Shown here piece after piece: positions 1 to 50,800 of a stretch of 64,000 nucleotides of DNA; the stretch's first letter is position 1; each line of letters starts with the position of its first letter. The notes below the pieces were generated by a model, which worked only from the letters and a program-made list of their open reading frames with translations, searched no databases and was not told the DNA's origin. The position numbers and the translations under genes were made by a program. The DNA lies in the NCBI GenBank assembly GCA_002269645.1, contig NIVC01000251.1, forward strand, positions 682,001-746,000. The letters are read 5' to 3'. The DNA is from Macrostomum lignano (Eukaryota).

Positions 1-2400
1 AGAGAATCACCCCTGAACAGCTGAGAGAATCACCCCTGAACAGCTGAGAGAATCACCCCTGAACAGCTGAGAGAATCGCCCTTCAGGAACAGCTGAGAGA
101 ATCACCCCTGAACAGCTGAGAGAATCGCCCTTCAGGAACAGCTGAGAGAATCGCCCTTCAGGAACAGCTGAGAGAATCGCCCTGAACAGCTGAGAGAATC
201 GCCCTGAACAGCTGAGAGAATCGCCCCTAAACAGCTGAGAGAATCACCCATGAACAGCTGAGAGAATCGCCCTGAACAGCTATGAGAATCGCCCCTGAAC
301 AGCTGAGAGAATCGCCCTGAACAGCTGAGAGAATCGCCCCTGAACAGCTGAGAGAATCACCCCTAAATAGCTGAGAGAATCACCCCTGAACAGCTGAGAG
401 AATCGCCCATGAACAGCTGAGAGAATCGCCCATGAACAGCTGAGAGAATCACCCCTAAATAGCTGAGAGAATCACCCCTGAACAGCTGAGAGAATCACCC
501 CTGAACAGCTGAGAGAATCACCCCTGAACAGCTGAGAGAATCACCCCTGAACAGCTGAGAGAATCACCCCTGAACAGCTGAGAGAATCGCCCTTCAGGAA
601 CAGCTGAGAGAATCACCCCTGAACAGCTGAGAGAATCGCCCTTCAGGAACAGCTGAGAGAATCGCCCCTGAACAGCTGAGAGAATCGCCCTGAACAGCTG
701 AGAGAATCGCCCTGAACAGCTGAGAGAATCGCCCCTAAACAGCTGAGAGAATCACCCATGAACAGCTGAGAGAATCGCCCTGAACAGCTATGAGAATCGC
801 CCCTGAACAGCTGAGAGAATCGCCCTGAACAGCTGAGAGAATCGCCCATGAACAGCTGAGAGAATCACCCCTAAATAGCTGAGAGAATCACCCCTGAACA
901 GCTGAGAGAATCGCCCATGAACAGCTGAGAGAATCACCCCTGAACAGCTGAGAGAATCACCCCTGAACAGCTGAGAGAATCGCCCTTCAGGAACAGCTGA
1001 GAGAATCACCCCTGAACAGCTGAGAGAATCGCCCTTCAGGAACAGCTGAGAGAATCGCCCCTGAACAGCTGAGAGAATCACCCCTGAACAGCTGAGAGAA
1101 TCGCCCTTCAGGAACAGCTGAGAGAATCACCCCTGAACAGCTGAGAGAATCGCCCTTCAGGAACAGCTGAGAGAATCACCCCTGAAAAGCTGAGAGAATC
1201 GCCCTTCAGGAACAGCTGAGAGAATCGCCCCTGAACAGCTGAGAGAATCACCCCTAAACAGCTGAGAGAATCACCCCTGAAAAGCTGAGAGAATCGCCCT
1301 TCAGGAACAGCTGAGAGAATCACCCCTGAACAGCTGAGAGAATCGCCCCTGAACAGCTGAGAGAATCGCCCCTGAACAGCTGAGAGAATCACCCCTGAAC
1401 AGCTGAGAGAATCACCCCTAAATAGCTGAGAGAATCGCCCTTCAGGAACAGCTGAGAGAATCGCCCTTCAGGAACAGCTGAGAGAATCACCCCTAAATAG
1501 CTGAGAGAATCACCCCTGAACAGCTGAGAGAATCACCCCTGAACAGCTGAGAGAATCACCCCTAAATAGCTGAGAGAATCACCCCTAAATAGCTGAGAGA
1601 ATCGCCCTTCAGGAACAGCTGAGAGAATCGCCCCTGAACAGCTGAGAGAATCACCCCTGAACAGCTGAGAGAATCACCCCTAAATAGCTGAGAGAATCAC
1701 CCCTAAATAGCTGAGAGAATCGCCCTTCAGGAACAGCTGAGAGAATCGCCCTTCAGGAACAGCTGAGAGAATCACCCCTAAATAGCTTAGAGAATCGCCC
1801 TTCAGGAACAGCTGAGAGAATCGCCCTTCAGGAACAGCTGAGAGAATCACCCCTAAATAGCTTAGAGAATCGCCCTTCAGGAACAGCTGAGAGAATCACC
1901 CCTAAATAGCTGAGAGAATCGCCCTTCAGGAACAGCTGAGAGAATCGCCCCTGAACAGCTGAGAGAATCACCCCTGAACAGCTGAGAGAATCACCCCTAA
2001 ATAGCTGAGAGAATCACCCCTAAATAGCTGAGAGAATCGCCCTTCAGGAACAGCTGAGAGAATCGCCCTTCAGGAACAGCTGAGAGAATCACCCCTAAAT
2101 AGCTGAGAGAATCACCCCTGAACAGCTGAGAGAATCACCCCTGAACAGCTGAGAGAATCGCCTCTGAACAGCTGAGAGAATCGCCCCTGAGCAGCTGAGA
2201 GAATCACCCCTGAACAGCTGAGAGAATCGCCTCTGAACAGCTGAGAGAATCGCCCCTGAGCAGCTGAGAGAATCACCCCTGAACAGCTGAGAGAATCCCT
2301 CTGAACAGCTGAGAGAATCACCCCTGAACAGCTGAGAGAATCACCCCTTAACAGCTGAGAGAATCGACCCTGAACAGCTGGGAGAATCGCCCTTGAGCAG
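1..2400. repeat. Minisatellite, 22-25-bp unit gagagaatc(a/g)cccctgaacagct
   Basis: About 100 tandem copies; presumably in the last intron of the SH3 gene. Confidence 0.95.
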
Positions 2401-2427
2401 CATCAATAAATGTTTTCCATCCCGCAG

Positions 2428-2501
2428 ACTCGGCCTGGTGGCACTGCCGACTAAACGGACGCGAAGGCCTTCTACCATCGAATTACGTTCGGGAACTTTG
2501 A
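2428..2501 (+). CDS. Terminal coding exon of an upstream SH3-domain gene (C-terminal half of SH3)
   Basis: Acceptor ttttccatcccgcag ends at 2427. Phase-1 reading gives xSAWWHCRLNGREGLLPSNYVREL*, which fits the SH3 WW..G..PxNYV motif. Stop TGA at 2499-2501, AATAAA at 2545 and 2570. Too short for the ORF track. Confidence 0.8.
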
Positions 2502-3326
2502 AGTCGCTGCAATTGCAGTAAAATTTTGTGAAAACAATTTTATAAATAAAAACAAAGTTCTTTCGGTTAAATAAAAAAGACGGAATATCAGTTATTTACA
2601 CGTGGAGGTACCCTTGTTGACCTTTTACACATGCCTTCCATATTTGGAAATTGCGTTCTATCTTTCGAATTAACGAAGCCAATCATACTTGTGATTATTT
2701 TTTTGTTCTTTTTTCAGCTCATTATTTCTCTTGTTCCGTGATATCTAAGAGGTACAAGTGTAGTTTTCTGTCTGTATTTTATTCAAAATTTTGTTATTTT
2801 GTATTCCAGTTGTGCCTCTTTGGTTAAACTGCTGCTATTTAAGCTGAGTTGCTTCAATCATGTGATTTGTTGTGTTCAGTAAGCATGCCATTAAATCAGA
2901 TTTATATTGAAATTGAATGAAATTTAGTTTTAAAATTATTTTCTTTTTATTTGCTTCTGCGCCCTTTGTCGCATAGACATCATTTTCTTTACGTTTCTTT
3001 ACGTTCGACAATATTTCAAGTCGGTCTCCTTGGTAATCAGAAATATATTGATGAACTTGATCACCACTTCATTAATAAAAACGAATATACAGAGAATAGC
3101 AATAAACACTACTGCTGTGAAACTATCAGTAGTTGAATTAGTAAATTAACGTAAATAAGCAAGAAACAATGTAAGTTTAAATTTAAAGAACGTATTGAAT
3201 ATTTTCTTCAATCTTAGAATCTTTTCTGTTACTCTTAGTAGGCAAGTTCGGGATATTTCTGCTTTATTTATTCTGGTACTTGCGAGTATTTTTGTTATTT
3301 TCCAGGATATAGACTACTTTCGTTGT

Positions 3327-3432
3327 TAATTGCTCGAGCAGAGCCAAGCCGAGATTCCAATTTGGCCCCAAATTAATGTGACTGCACTTGGAATCGAGCC
3401 TGGGCCGCTGGCACATCAGAGCGACGTCGCGC
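3327..3432 (-). mobile_element. SINE head fragment
   Basis: Reverse complement gctctgatgtgccagcggcccaggctcgattccaagtgcagtc...ggaatctcggcttggctctgctc matches the other copies. Confidence 0.7.
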
Positions 3433-3732
3433 TTCAGGGTTACGCGCCCCCCCCCCCAACTGAAATTTTGACTTTTTTGACATCTCATGTCAAAGATATG
3501 TCGCTGGATGCATGCAGTTTTAAATGCTTCTGCTAGTAAAAGTTCACATAGCAACGGTCGATGCGATGCAACGTCGTGTCAATTTTCCCCATTTCTGGTT
3601 AGCGGTCAATTCACTTCCGGCATTTACTTGGAAAATTGTTGCTACATTTTTCTCCATCCTCCCGATCGCTAAATGTTGTCAGAATTCATGCAAAATGATA
3701 AATAAGAATATTTTATTAGGAAAGATGAACGG

Positions 3733-5268
3733 ATGGGAGAGGAGAGGGGAGAGGACAGGTGAGGAGAGAGGAGAGGAGAGGAGAGGAGAGGAGAGGAGGA
3801 GGGGAGAGAGGAGGGGAGAGAGGAGAGAGGAGAGGAGAGGAGAGGAGAGGAGAGGAGGGAGGAGGGGAGAGAGGAGAGAGGAGAGGAGAGGAGAGGAGAG
3901 GAGAGGAGAGGAGAGAGGAGAGAAAAAGGGAGGAGAAGGGAGGAGAGGAGAGAGGAGAAGGGAGGAGAGGAGAGGAGAGGAGAGAGGAGAAGGAGGAGAG
4001 GAGAGGAGAGGAGAGGAGAGAGGAGAAGGGAGGAGAGGAGAGGAGAGGAGAGAGGAGAGGAGACGAGAGGAGAGGAGGAGGGGACAGAGGAGGGGAGAGA
4101 GGAGAGAGGAGAGGAGAGGAGAGGAGAGGAGAGAGGAGGGGAGAGAGGAGAGAGGAGAGGAGAGGAGAGGAGAGGAGAGAGAGAAAAAGGGAGGAGAAGG
4201 GAGGAGAGGAGAGGAGAGAGGAGAAGGGAGGAGAGGAGAGGAGAGGAGAGGAGAGAGGAGAAGGGAGGAGAGGAGAGGAGAGGAGAGAGGAGAGGAGACG
4301 AGAGGAGAGGAGGAGGGGAGAGAGGAGGGGAGAGAGGAGAGAGGAGAGGAGAGGAGAGGAGAGGAGAGAGGAGGGGAGAGAGGAGAGAGGAGAGGAGAGG
4401 AGAGGAGAGGAGAGGAGAGAGGAGAGAAAAAGGGAGGAGAAGGGAGGAGAGGAGAGGAGAGAGGAGAAGGGAGGAGAGGAGAGGAGAGGAGAGGAGAGAG
4501 GAGAAGGGAGGAGAGGAGAGGAGAGGAGAGAGGAGAGGAGACGAGAGGAGAGGAGAGAGGAGACGAGAGAAGAGAGGAGAGGAGAGGAGAGAGGAGAGGA
4601 GAAGGGAGGAGAGGAGAGGAGAGGAGACGAGAGGAGAGGAGAGAGGAGACGAGAGAAGAGAGGAGAGGAGAGGAGAGGAGGGAGGAGGGGAGAGAGGAGG
4701 GGAGAGGAGAGAGGAGAGGAGAGGAGAGAAGAGAGGAGAGAAGAGAGGAGAGGAGAGAGGAGAAGAGAGAGGAGATAGGAGAGGAGAGAGGAGGGGAGAG
4801 AGGAGAGGAGAGAGGAGGGGGAGAGAGGAGAAGAGAGAAGAGAGGAGAGGAGACGAGAGGAGAGGAGAGAGGAGACGAGAGAAGAGAGGAGAGGAGAGGA
4901 GAGGAGGGAGGAGGGGAGAGGGAGGAGAGAGGAGAGGAGAGGAGAGAAGAGAGGAGAGAAGAGAGGAGAGGAGAGAGGAGAAGAGAGAGGAGATAGGAGA
5001 GGAGAGAGGAGGGGAGAGAGGAGAGGAGAGAGGAGGGGGAGAGAGGAGAAGAGAGAAGAGAGGAGAGAAGAGAGAAGAGGAGAGAAGAGAGGAGAGGAGG
5101 GAGGAGGGGAGAGGAGAGAGGAGAGGAGAGGAGAGAAGAGAGGAGAGAAGAGAGGAGAAGAGAGAGGAGATAGGAGAGGAGAGAGGAGAGGAGAGAGGAG
5201 GGGGAGAGAGGAGAAGAGAGAAGAGAGGAGAGGAGAGAAGAGAGGAGAGGAGAGAGAGAGGGGAGAGC
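3733..5268. repeat. (GGAGA)n purine-rich simple repeat
   Basis: Almost pure G/A; source of the E/R and S/P/L ORFs. Confidence 0.95.
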
Positions 5269-5758
5269 GGTTTATTTATTATTGCATGCAACTCCAAAAA
5301 GTATATAAAATTCCTGCCCCAACTTTGTCTGCGCAGCAAAGGACTTCAATTACAATAGCATCGTACGCGATCGTAATCTTTAAAATTGCAACCATAAAAT
5401 ATTGCTGATAGCATGAAACTTTTTTGGTGCAGGAAAATTTCGAGTCGATTCCTCTCCAGCTGAAAACTTTCGGCACAAAACATGAGTTCCTCTGCCTCGT
5501 ATCCGCCTGTCATTCCCAATTTTAAAAAAATGCTTTCCCATCCTCCCTCTGAAAAATCTACTGACAATTACGCAAACTTCCTATGCAATGCCAGGCTTGT
5601 TTTCCGGTCGCGCGGTTTTTAAAAAGCCGCCGCATTTCTCCCAAGCCTACCAGCGTTTGTGGCGAATTCGAGAACTGCAACTCGATCGCTTATCAATTCC
5701 ACTTGGCGCTTTAGATAGTGAAAATAATAAACAGATAGATAGAGAATCTAACACCGCT

Positions 5759-43973
<38,215 letters not shown>

Positions 43974-44581
43974 ACGCGCCAGCCTTTTTAACTCAACTGA
44001 ACTGAACTTTACACACGCTAACTTTAAGTACGTCGTATTTTGAGTGAGACTCTTTCTTCCTTTCTTTACCTTTGGGAACACAGTCATACGCCATGAGACT
44101 ACTTTGTAGGGTTTCCTTTGACTCCTCCAGACATTGTTCGTTTTAAGTGAGTGTGCTTTCTTAGAAAAGCTTTCGTTGTGTGTTTGAACTTTTGTTAAAA
44201 GCTTCCCTTAAAAAGTCGACTGAATCTGAATGTATAAACATTACTTTTTCAAACTTTTGCGCCCCTAATATTGGTTATAAGCAGGCTTTCTGTGTCTTTT
44301 CGTGTAGTACTTCATTTATTTAACTGTTTTTTCTCATTTTAAACTGTTTGTGTCTAAGCCTTGGACAGCTGATGTACAAGGACGCTTATACTTTATTTTC
44401 TTACGGTCGATAAGGAACGTCGCATTGTAGTGAATTTAGCATGCTCTAGAGGACGCATATAGATCTGAATGGGAATTTTGCCATAGAAAAATTTAGTCTA
44501 TGGCAAAAACATTCGGCGCAAGAAAAAATTGTTTTATCCCTCACTTGTCTATGCGATCGTTGACCATAATAGCGGTCCCGA

Positions 44582-45111
44582 CCATAGACTATTGAGTCAG
44601 TTTATACAGACCTGTAATAGTATAGTATTTGTCATGCTATCTCAGCCTAGAGACATCCAAACTCAGCCAGCCCATCTCAACAGTGCGATTTTTTACGTAA
44701 GCCAGTCAAGTTTTACCATAGACATGCTTCTTAAGGCCATGCTATCTCAGCCTGGGACATGCAATCTCAGCCACTTTTCAGATTCTTACTGACTTTTCTT
44801 GCTGCGTTCATTCATTGCTGTTTGTTGCCATTTCATGTCACGTTACAGAAATGATAGCATTGAGATCTGTTTGCAATTGAAATCTATATTGGCTGAGATT
44901 GCATGTCCCAGGCTGAGATAGCATGGCCTTAAGAAGCATGTCTATGGTAAAACTCGACTAGCTCGAGCCAAAAAACGCATTGCGGAATGGGGCTGGCTGA
45001 GTTTGGATGTCCCTAGGCTGAGATAGCATGACAAAAGCTATATAATATTACCCAGGCTTTAAGGGCGATAATGGGAAAGCCAGAGACAACTGCTGCCCCT
45101 ATAGTCTATGG
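44582..45111. mobile_element. Foldback/MITE-like element with CCATAGAC termini
   Basis: Arms 44582-44773 and 44890-45111 are reverse complements (for example ccatagacatgcttcttaaggccatgctatctcagcctgggacatgcaatctcagcc), separated by about 116 bp. Confidence 0.75.
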
Positions 45112-46184
45112 CCAAAAAGTCTGACTTAATCTTTCGAGCATTAGCTTAGTCCTCTCATGTCTGCTAAAGGCTTACCATCGCACTCTAGCCTACAAATCAG
45201 CAACAATACGAGTATGAGCTTGGAAGATGAAGCTAGCGACACTAGCTATGAAACGGCCCAGACAAGCAGGATGGCGGGCCGCAACCAAGAACGCGGACAA
45301 AGATCAGTGATGAGAGATGCACAGCCTAGTCATCGAAGTCTTGGGACAGAGGTTGAGTGACCGATCGATATCGCAAAATGACGAAGATTAACACGATTTC
45401 AATTGCTTGCATTAATTTGCGACAGATAATAAGAAGGAAATCAAAACCCAAAGGAGGCAAACTAACCAAGTTAATGCTCCAAAGAAGCAGTCTTTGGAGC
45501 ATTTTGTCTATGACTTTGCAGAATTTTATCTATCATTAACTTAAGACACCAAAGTTTGCAGCAATGCACCGTTCTACTGCGGATTACATTTCGAAACTAC
45601 TGACTATTCAATCTGTTGTGTTATTATTCGCTAATCTACTTTCTCTTTAACAGAATTTTTTCATCCCGCCTATTGTTCATCTTTGCCATATGGAAGCTGC
45701 GTTCTCTAAGCCTTAGTAACAGAGGGCAATGTCTGAGCACTTAGCTTATTTGATAACCATGAAAGCAATATTTTGAAGGCCCAATTTTGTTTTTTTCAAA
45801 TGAATTAGTGAGATAGGAACTCGTCAGTTTTTTATTACTGAATTGTCCATGTCAAAGCTCCACTGGTATGTGTTTGACATTGATATGCGGGTTTATCTGC
45901 AAATTTGTCGAATTACTTTTTAATCGTTTGGAGACGAGACAAGTCAAAGTACTGTGTTTTCTAAACTGATTTTTTGCATCGCATTAATTTGAGTTTTTAT
46001 TTCCTCGTGTGTTGTGTTCTGCACTGCGCCGCATGACTCTGTGCATCTGTCTGTCAACCCCCACCCCCTCCACCCCTATTGTTTTGGTTTATTTTTGGTG
46101 TTTTGGTCCGCGGAAGGGCTGATTGGCTGGGCCGGACAGCTGGCTCAGTTTCTCTCTCCCCTCGCGTTGTGCTTGGCTGACGTG

Positions 46185-46490
46185 AGCTAGGGCCGGTCGG
46201 GAGGGGTTGTGGGTGATGGGGTGGTGGGCTTGCAGCCTTCTCCCCCTCGCGTTGTGATTGGCTGGCGTGGGCTAGGGCCGGTCGGGAGGGGTTGTGGGTG
46301 GTGGGGTGGTGGGCTTGCAGCCTTCTCCCCCTCGCGTTGTTCTTGGCTGGCGTGGGCTAGGGCTGGTCGGGAGGGGTTGTGGGTGGTGGGGTGGTGGGCT
46401 TGCAGCCTCCCCCCAGCGCGGTGTGCTTGGCTGGCGTGGGCTAGGGCCGGTCGGGAGGGGTTGTGGGTGACGAAGTGGTGGGCTTGCAGC
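46185..46490. repeat. About 70-bp G-rich repeat (gctagggccggtcgggaggggttgtggg...)
   Basis: About 4 copies. Confidence 0.8.
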
Positions 46491-48328
46491 CTTCTTCTTA
46501 GCTTTTATTTAGTCCATGCTTTTGTTTTGGCTTTCGACTTGCTGTCGGGTCGCTCTGATAGTCTGCTAGTGTGAAGACTTATCTATGCTTGTTTTGTGGG
46601 GCAAGATAAACAGCTTTAATAAAAAGAAAGTGGCCTCAAGAGGCTCGTGCCGGCCCATTCGTGCCGCCAGCTCCAGCCACCAAGGAAGTGAGTGCGCACA
46701 CTTCTTTATCTTCTTTCCTTTGGTTGCCAAAGGGGGCAGCTAAGGGTTTGTATGTCTTGACGCCGATTAAGTTTAGGCTTTCGTAGGCATGCATACCGTA
46801 CGCTATAGGTCAGGTGTGCATTCAGGAATGGAACCTGCATACAGTCTTGGGAGACTTGGCCTTTAACTGAATTTCCATTAAACGCCAGAGGTATGTCCTG
46901 ATACAGCCTTCAATTTTTTATTGTCCTTTTGCTCCTCCAATGAATCCTTTGCTTAAACAAAAAGAAATGTTGTTTTTTTTGAACATTTTTTTACTGAAAC
47001 AATTGACACGTTTTACAAATTGTCTCACTTGACAATGATGATAACAGTGCTTCTGTGAAGCGTAATTAGGAAATCTCAAGCAGACTTACTTTCCTGGTGA
47101 CCTTTCCTGTTTTATAGCCGATGAACGAGCGCGTGGACGCAAGAACTTTGACATTACAAGCAAAAATGATTAATATTGACTGGCGTGACGGTGGAGCATG
47201 ATAGAATGAAATCAATTATCAGATTATAATTGAATTAATCTGTCTTACAGACGGAACAAGGAGCTGCATACGGATTCATGCGACCTCGAAAACTTTGCTG
47301 AAGGCCAAGAAATGACTGAATAAAACACGGCCCTAAAAAATTTCTAAGACAGACTTTGCAAAGATTTTCTGTTTTGCACAGCGCCAACTGAGGCTTTGAC
47401 AATTAAAGTGTGTCCTGATCAAGAACGAAAATTATTCAAAGTTATTGAATCCCTTTGACCGTTCATTCGTGAGTCCGTCGCTCTAACTACTAAACTACGG
47501 CCCTCTCATAGTTTCATATCATAAAATTTTGAGTAGCTATACAGCTCGGACAGACACACTTTTTGCATTTGGAACTCGGAGATCAGAAGGTGAGAGATTG
47601 TCAGATTGAGAATTCTGCTGAGCAAGAACTGTAAAAAATAGAATCTTTCTATCTCCCTAATGCATTTTTGCAGCGGAAACTGACCTCTAGCAGTATAGCG
47701 GCGTCCTTCTGGTTGAGTTGTCCATGCTTGTAGATTAATGCAATATCGGAAATTGCGAATATTTGTGTAAATCTGGACGAGACGCTGAGCTCTAGGGCCT
47801 CCGGATATCAGAGAAACAGTTTACTTAGTCAGAGTATGGAGAAAAATGTTTAATGCGGCTTTTTATCCATCTTAATCCAGCAATAGGAGTATTAGGCTCT
47901 CTTAGCTGGGCCGTTTTTATCACAGCTTAAATCAAGTCTTATCATATAAATAGGCATTTTAAGCGTGTGATATAGCAAGATTTTCGCCTATACTATCGGG
48001 TAATATATTGCAATAGCTGATGGGGCAGCATCTGATTTTCCTGAGGTTCCTGCAGATTAACGATCAAGATGAGGATCTGCTTGTTATTATAGCTACTGAA
48101 CTTAGAGCCCAGGAAAATTTGTCGTCCCGAAAACCCCGAGCAATAAGTGTGAAGCAAGTGTAAGGAATCTTTCTATTGGTTAGTAGGGCCACTACGATTT
48201 CCTATTGGATGCTGGAGCGTTGGTTATTTCTACTATACAGCTGGCTAGTATATATGTGAGTGCAATCTGACGCTATCTTATCAAACTTACGGATTGAATA
48301 CATAATTTGCAAGGATTCGTGCTAAATC

Positions 48329-50035
48329 ATGTCCTCAAGCGTTGATCCAGCTAATGACGACGAAAAGTACAGAGAGTTCGCCGAGATGTCGCAGTACATC
48401 ACAGCTCTGGTGCTGTACCCGATCGTGTCACTTGTCGGCATGGCTGGCAGCGTGCTGTGCATCGTGGTGCTCAGCCAGCGTCAGATGCTAACCAGCACCA
48501 ATGCCTACCTAATAGCCCTGGCCGTTGCCGATCTAATGAAGCTGGCCAACGATTTCTTGTACTTTCCAGCAACGCTGCTCCAAATGAACGCGTCCCGTCG
48601 AGGAGGTGCCGTGTTTGCTCACCTGTATCCGTACGCGTTCTTTCTGTCGCAGTACACCAGCGGATGCGCGGCCTGGCTCACTGTGGTGGTCGCCGGAGAG
48701 CGTTTCCTAATGGTGACGCACCCGAACTGGAGCCGGTACACCTTGACTGTGCGCAAGTCTCGAATTGTGTCAGCGATCACCTTCTCGGCTGTCCTGTTGG
48801 TCACCTGGCCCTACCTGTTGCGCTACGAAACGGTGTGCGATGCGTCCGACAACAATTCGACGAATAGTCTAGACGGCGGCAACAATGACCCGGCGAATTT
48901 GACCGAGTGCACTTGGAAACCAGTGCCAAGCCGTCTCTGGTCTAGCAGCGCTCTGGCCAGCTACTCCAAGTACTATGTGCAATGCCAGAGCTGCTTAAAG
49001 TCCCTGGTGCCGCTGATCATTCTGATTGTGCTGAACATTCGAATCGTCATGGCTGTTCGAGAAACTCGCGCCAACAAAAAGTTGGCATCGAGGAATCGAG
49101 TCACTGTCATGCTGGTGGTGGTGATCCTGTGCTACATCGGCTTCACCATGCCGGACTCGGCATTGTCCGCTTTAGGCTGGGGCTACACCGAAGTCACCTC
49201 CAATTTTCGGCGGGGAGTTCGCGAGATTAGCGACCTCCTTCTGGCCGTTAACTCCTCCGTCAACTTCTTTCTGTACGTAGTTTTCAACAAGGTGTTCCGG
49301 CAGAATCTGCTGGCTCTGTGCTGCAGGTCGGCTGCGGGCCCAGTGGAGGGGCGGCAGCAGACAGCCGGGCTGGGCTGTCAGGGCGATGGCTGCAGCCGGG
49401 CAGCGGCAGTGGCAAAGCACAACCTCCAGAAGCAGACCCGGGATACGACCGCTTGCGGTTCGTCGGCCACGAGCTGCGCTAAGAATGGGCAGAGGCACGG
49501 CTGCGACAAGCGCCAGCAGCAGCGTTTGAACCGACCGGCTGGAGGGGGCAGCGAGTGCATCGCTGTGTCTGGCACCACCGGCGGGACAGCACTCGCCGAA
49601 GAGTGCGCAGCGGCGAAGACAAACCGAGTTCCGAATTCTGGCGTCACCAAACCCGACAACGATTTCGAGTTGGACAACGAGCTGAGTCCGCAGAGTTGGA
49701 ACTTCCGTCGGCACAGTCACTGCCACGCCAAAAGCTTGGAGATTCATCCCGAGTATCAGCGGCTTCGTCCGACAGGCAGCAACCGGCGCCGCTGCGGCTC
49801 GCATCAGCAGTTCAGTCAGCAGGGCAAGCAGCTGCTCCATCATCAAGATCCCGGGATCGCCCGACAAAAAGAAACAGCTGATGCAGCTGACCTGAACCTC
49901 AGCAGGAGAACTGCTAAACGCCAAGTTGAAGTTGTTGTGACACTGGTTGTTCATCATCACGAATACGCGGCTCCAACTGAATGCGATGAACAAGAGGAGA
50001 GAGTGGCCAATGCCCCGCAAGTTAGCGATCTGTGA
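48329..50035 (+). CDS. Intronless class A GPCR, FMRFamide/neuropeptide receptor-like, 568 aa
   Basis: Seven hydrophobic segments. Motifs: STNAYLIALAVAD (TM2), LYPY...WLTVVVAGERF..HP (TM3), TM6 CYIGFTMP, TM7 NSSVNFFLY, followed by a long C-tail. Confidence 0.92.
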   Translation: MSSSVDPANDDEKYREFAEMSQYITALVLYPIVSLVGMAGSVLCIVVLSQRQMLTSTNAYLIALAVADLMKLANDFLYFPATLLQMNASRRGGAVFAHLYPYAFFLSQYTSGCAAWLTVVVAGERFLMVTHPNWSRYTLTVRKSRIVSAITFSAVLLVTWPYLLRYETVCDASDNNSTNSLDGGNNDPANLTECTWKPVPSRLWSSSALASYSKYYVQCQSCLKSLVPLIILIVLNIRIVMAVRETRANKKLASRNRVTVMLVVVILCYIGFTMPDSALSALGWGYTEVTSNFRRGVREISDLLLAVNSSVNFFLYVVFNKVFRQNLLALCCRSAAGPVEGRQQTAGLGCQGDGCSRAAAVAKHNLQKQTRDTTACGSSATSCAKNGQRHGCDKRQQQRLNRPAGGGSECIAVSGTTGGTALAEECAAAKTNRVPNSGVTKPDNDFELDNELSPQSWNFRRHSHCHAKSLEIHPEYQRLRPTGSNRRRCGSHQQFSQQGKQLLHHQDPGIARQKETADAADLNLSRRTAKRQVEVVVTLVVHHHEYAAPTECDEQEERVANAPQVSDL

Positions 50036-50627
50036 CTCAGAATTGTAACAAAAGTATCATAAAATACTGCCCAAATGTTGAACGCTCTATTACGAGTTAC
50101 AGGCTCATGGAAAGCTTTAAAAATGTTTATAAAATTTTCTGTAAAAAGTTTTTAGCAAAAGATGTGTCGTGACTTTTTTGAGGTTTTACAGCGTTACATG
50201 TGAGCCCTGCACGCTCCTTAGTAGTCTCACCTGCAAAAGTAGCGATTGTTGTGTCTTGCGAGAGCTTGGTAGACAGGCCTGACCCCGATAGTCAAGACTT
50301 CTATTCTGTCAAATTCTTACTTGTCAACTGATTTAAATAACTGTAATTTGTTTCTGAAATTGTTCCTTGGGAATACAAAATTGATTTGCTTGATTAAACA
50401 GAAATTCTGAAATAAATCTGTAAATGGACCTCATTTATTGTTATTAAAAGCAATTTTCAGCTATAGTCAGTCACTCTGTTATTTTAACCTCCTGAGTCAA
50501 TAAATGCGGTCGCGCTGACAAATGATAACAGCCAAAATCAACAGTGCTCGTTATCACAAAGCACCTTTTCTTAGACGATGATGCTGCAAGCCTCTTCTTA
50601 GACGATAAACTTCCGTTTCCATTCCAT

Positions 50628-50800
50628 GGGTGCTGGCGCCCCTTGGTGCTGGCGCCCCTTGGTGCTGGCGCCCCTTGGTGCTGGCGCCCCTTGGTGCTGG
50701 CGCCCCTTGGTGCTGGCGCCCCTTGGTGCTGGCGCCCCTTGGTGCTGGCGCCCCTTGGTGCTGGCGCCCCTTGGTGCTGGCGCCCCTTGGTGCTGGCGCG
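50628..50800. repeat. 16-bp minisatellite ggtgctggcgcccctt
   Basis: About 10 perfect copies. Confidence 0.95.

Noticed and set aside
643-5339. Long ORFs (E/R-rich 490 and 339 aa, S/P/L-rich 556 aa, GRFSQLF repeats)
   Set aside because: They are translations of stop-free tandem or purine repeats, with no splice or domain support
45157-45360. 67-aa Ser-rich ORF downstream of TRPM
   Set aside because: No homology motif or convincing splice context; cannot be supported as a gene
49172-50020. 282-aa antisense ORF over the GPCR tail (likewise antisense ORFs over TRPM exon 27)
   Set aside because: Shadow frames of GC-rich coding DNA with no motifs
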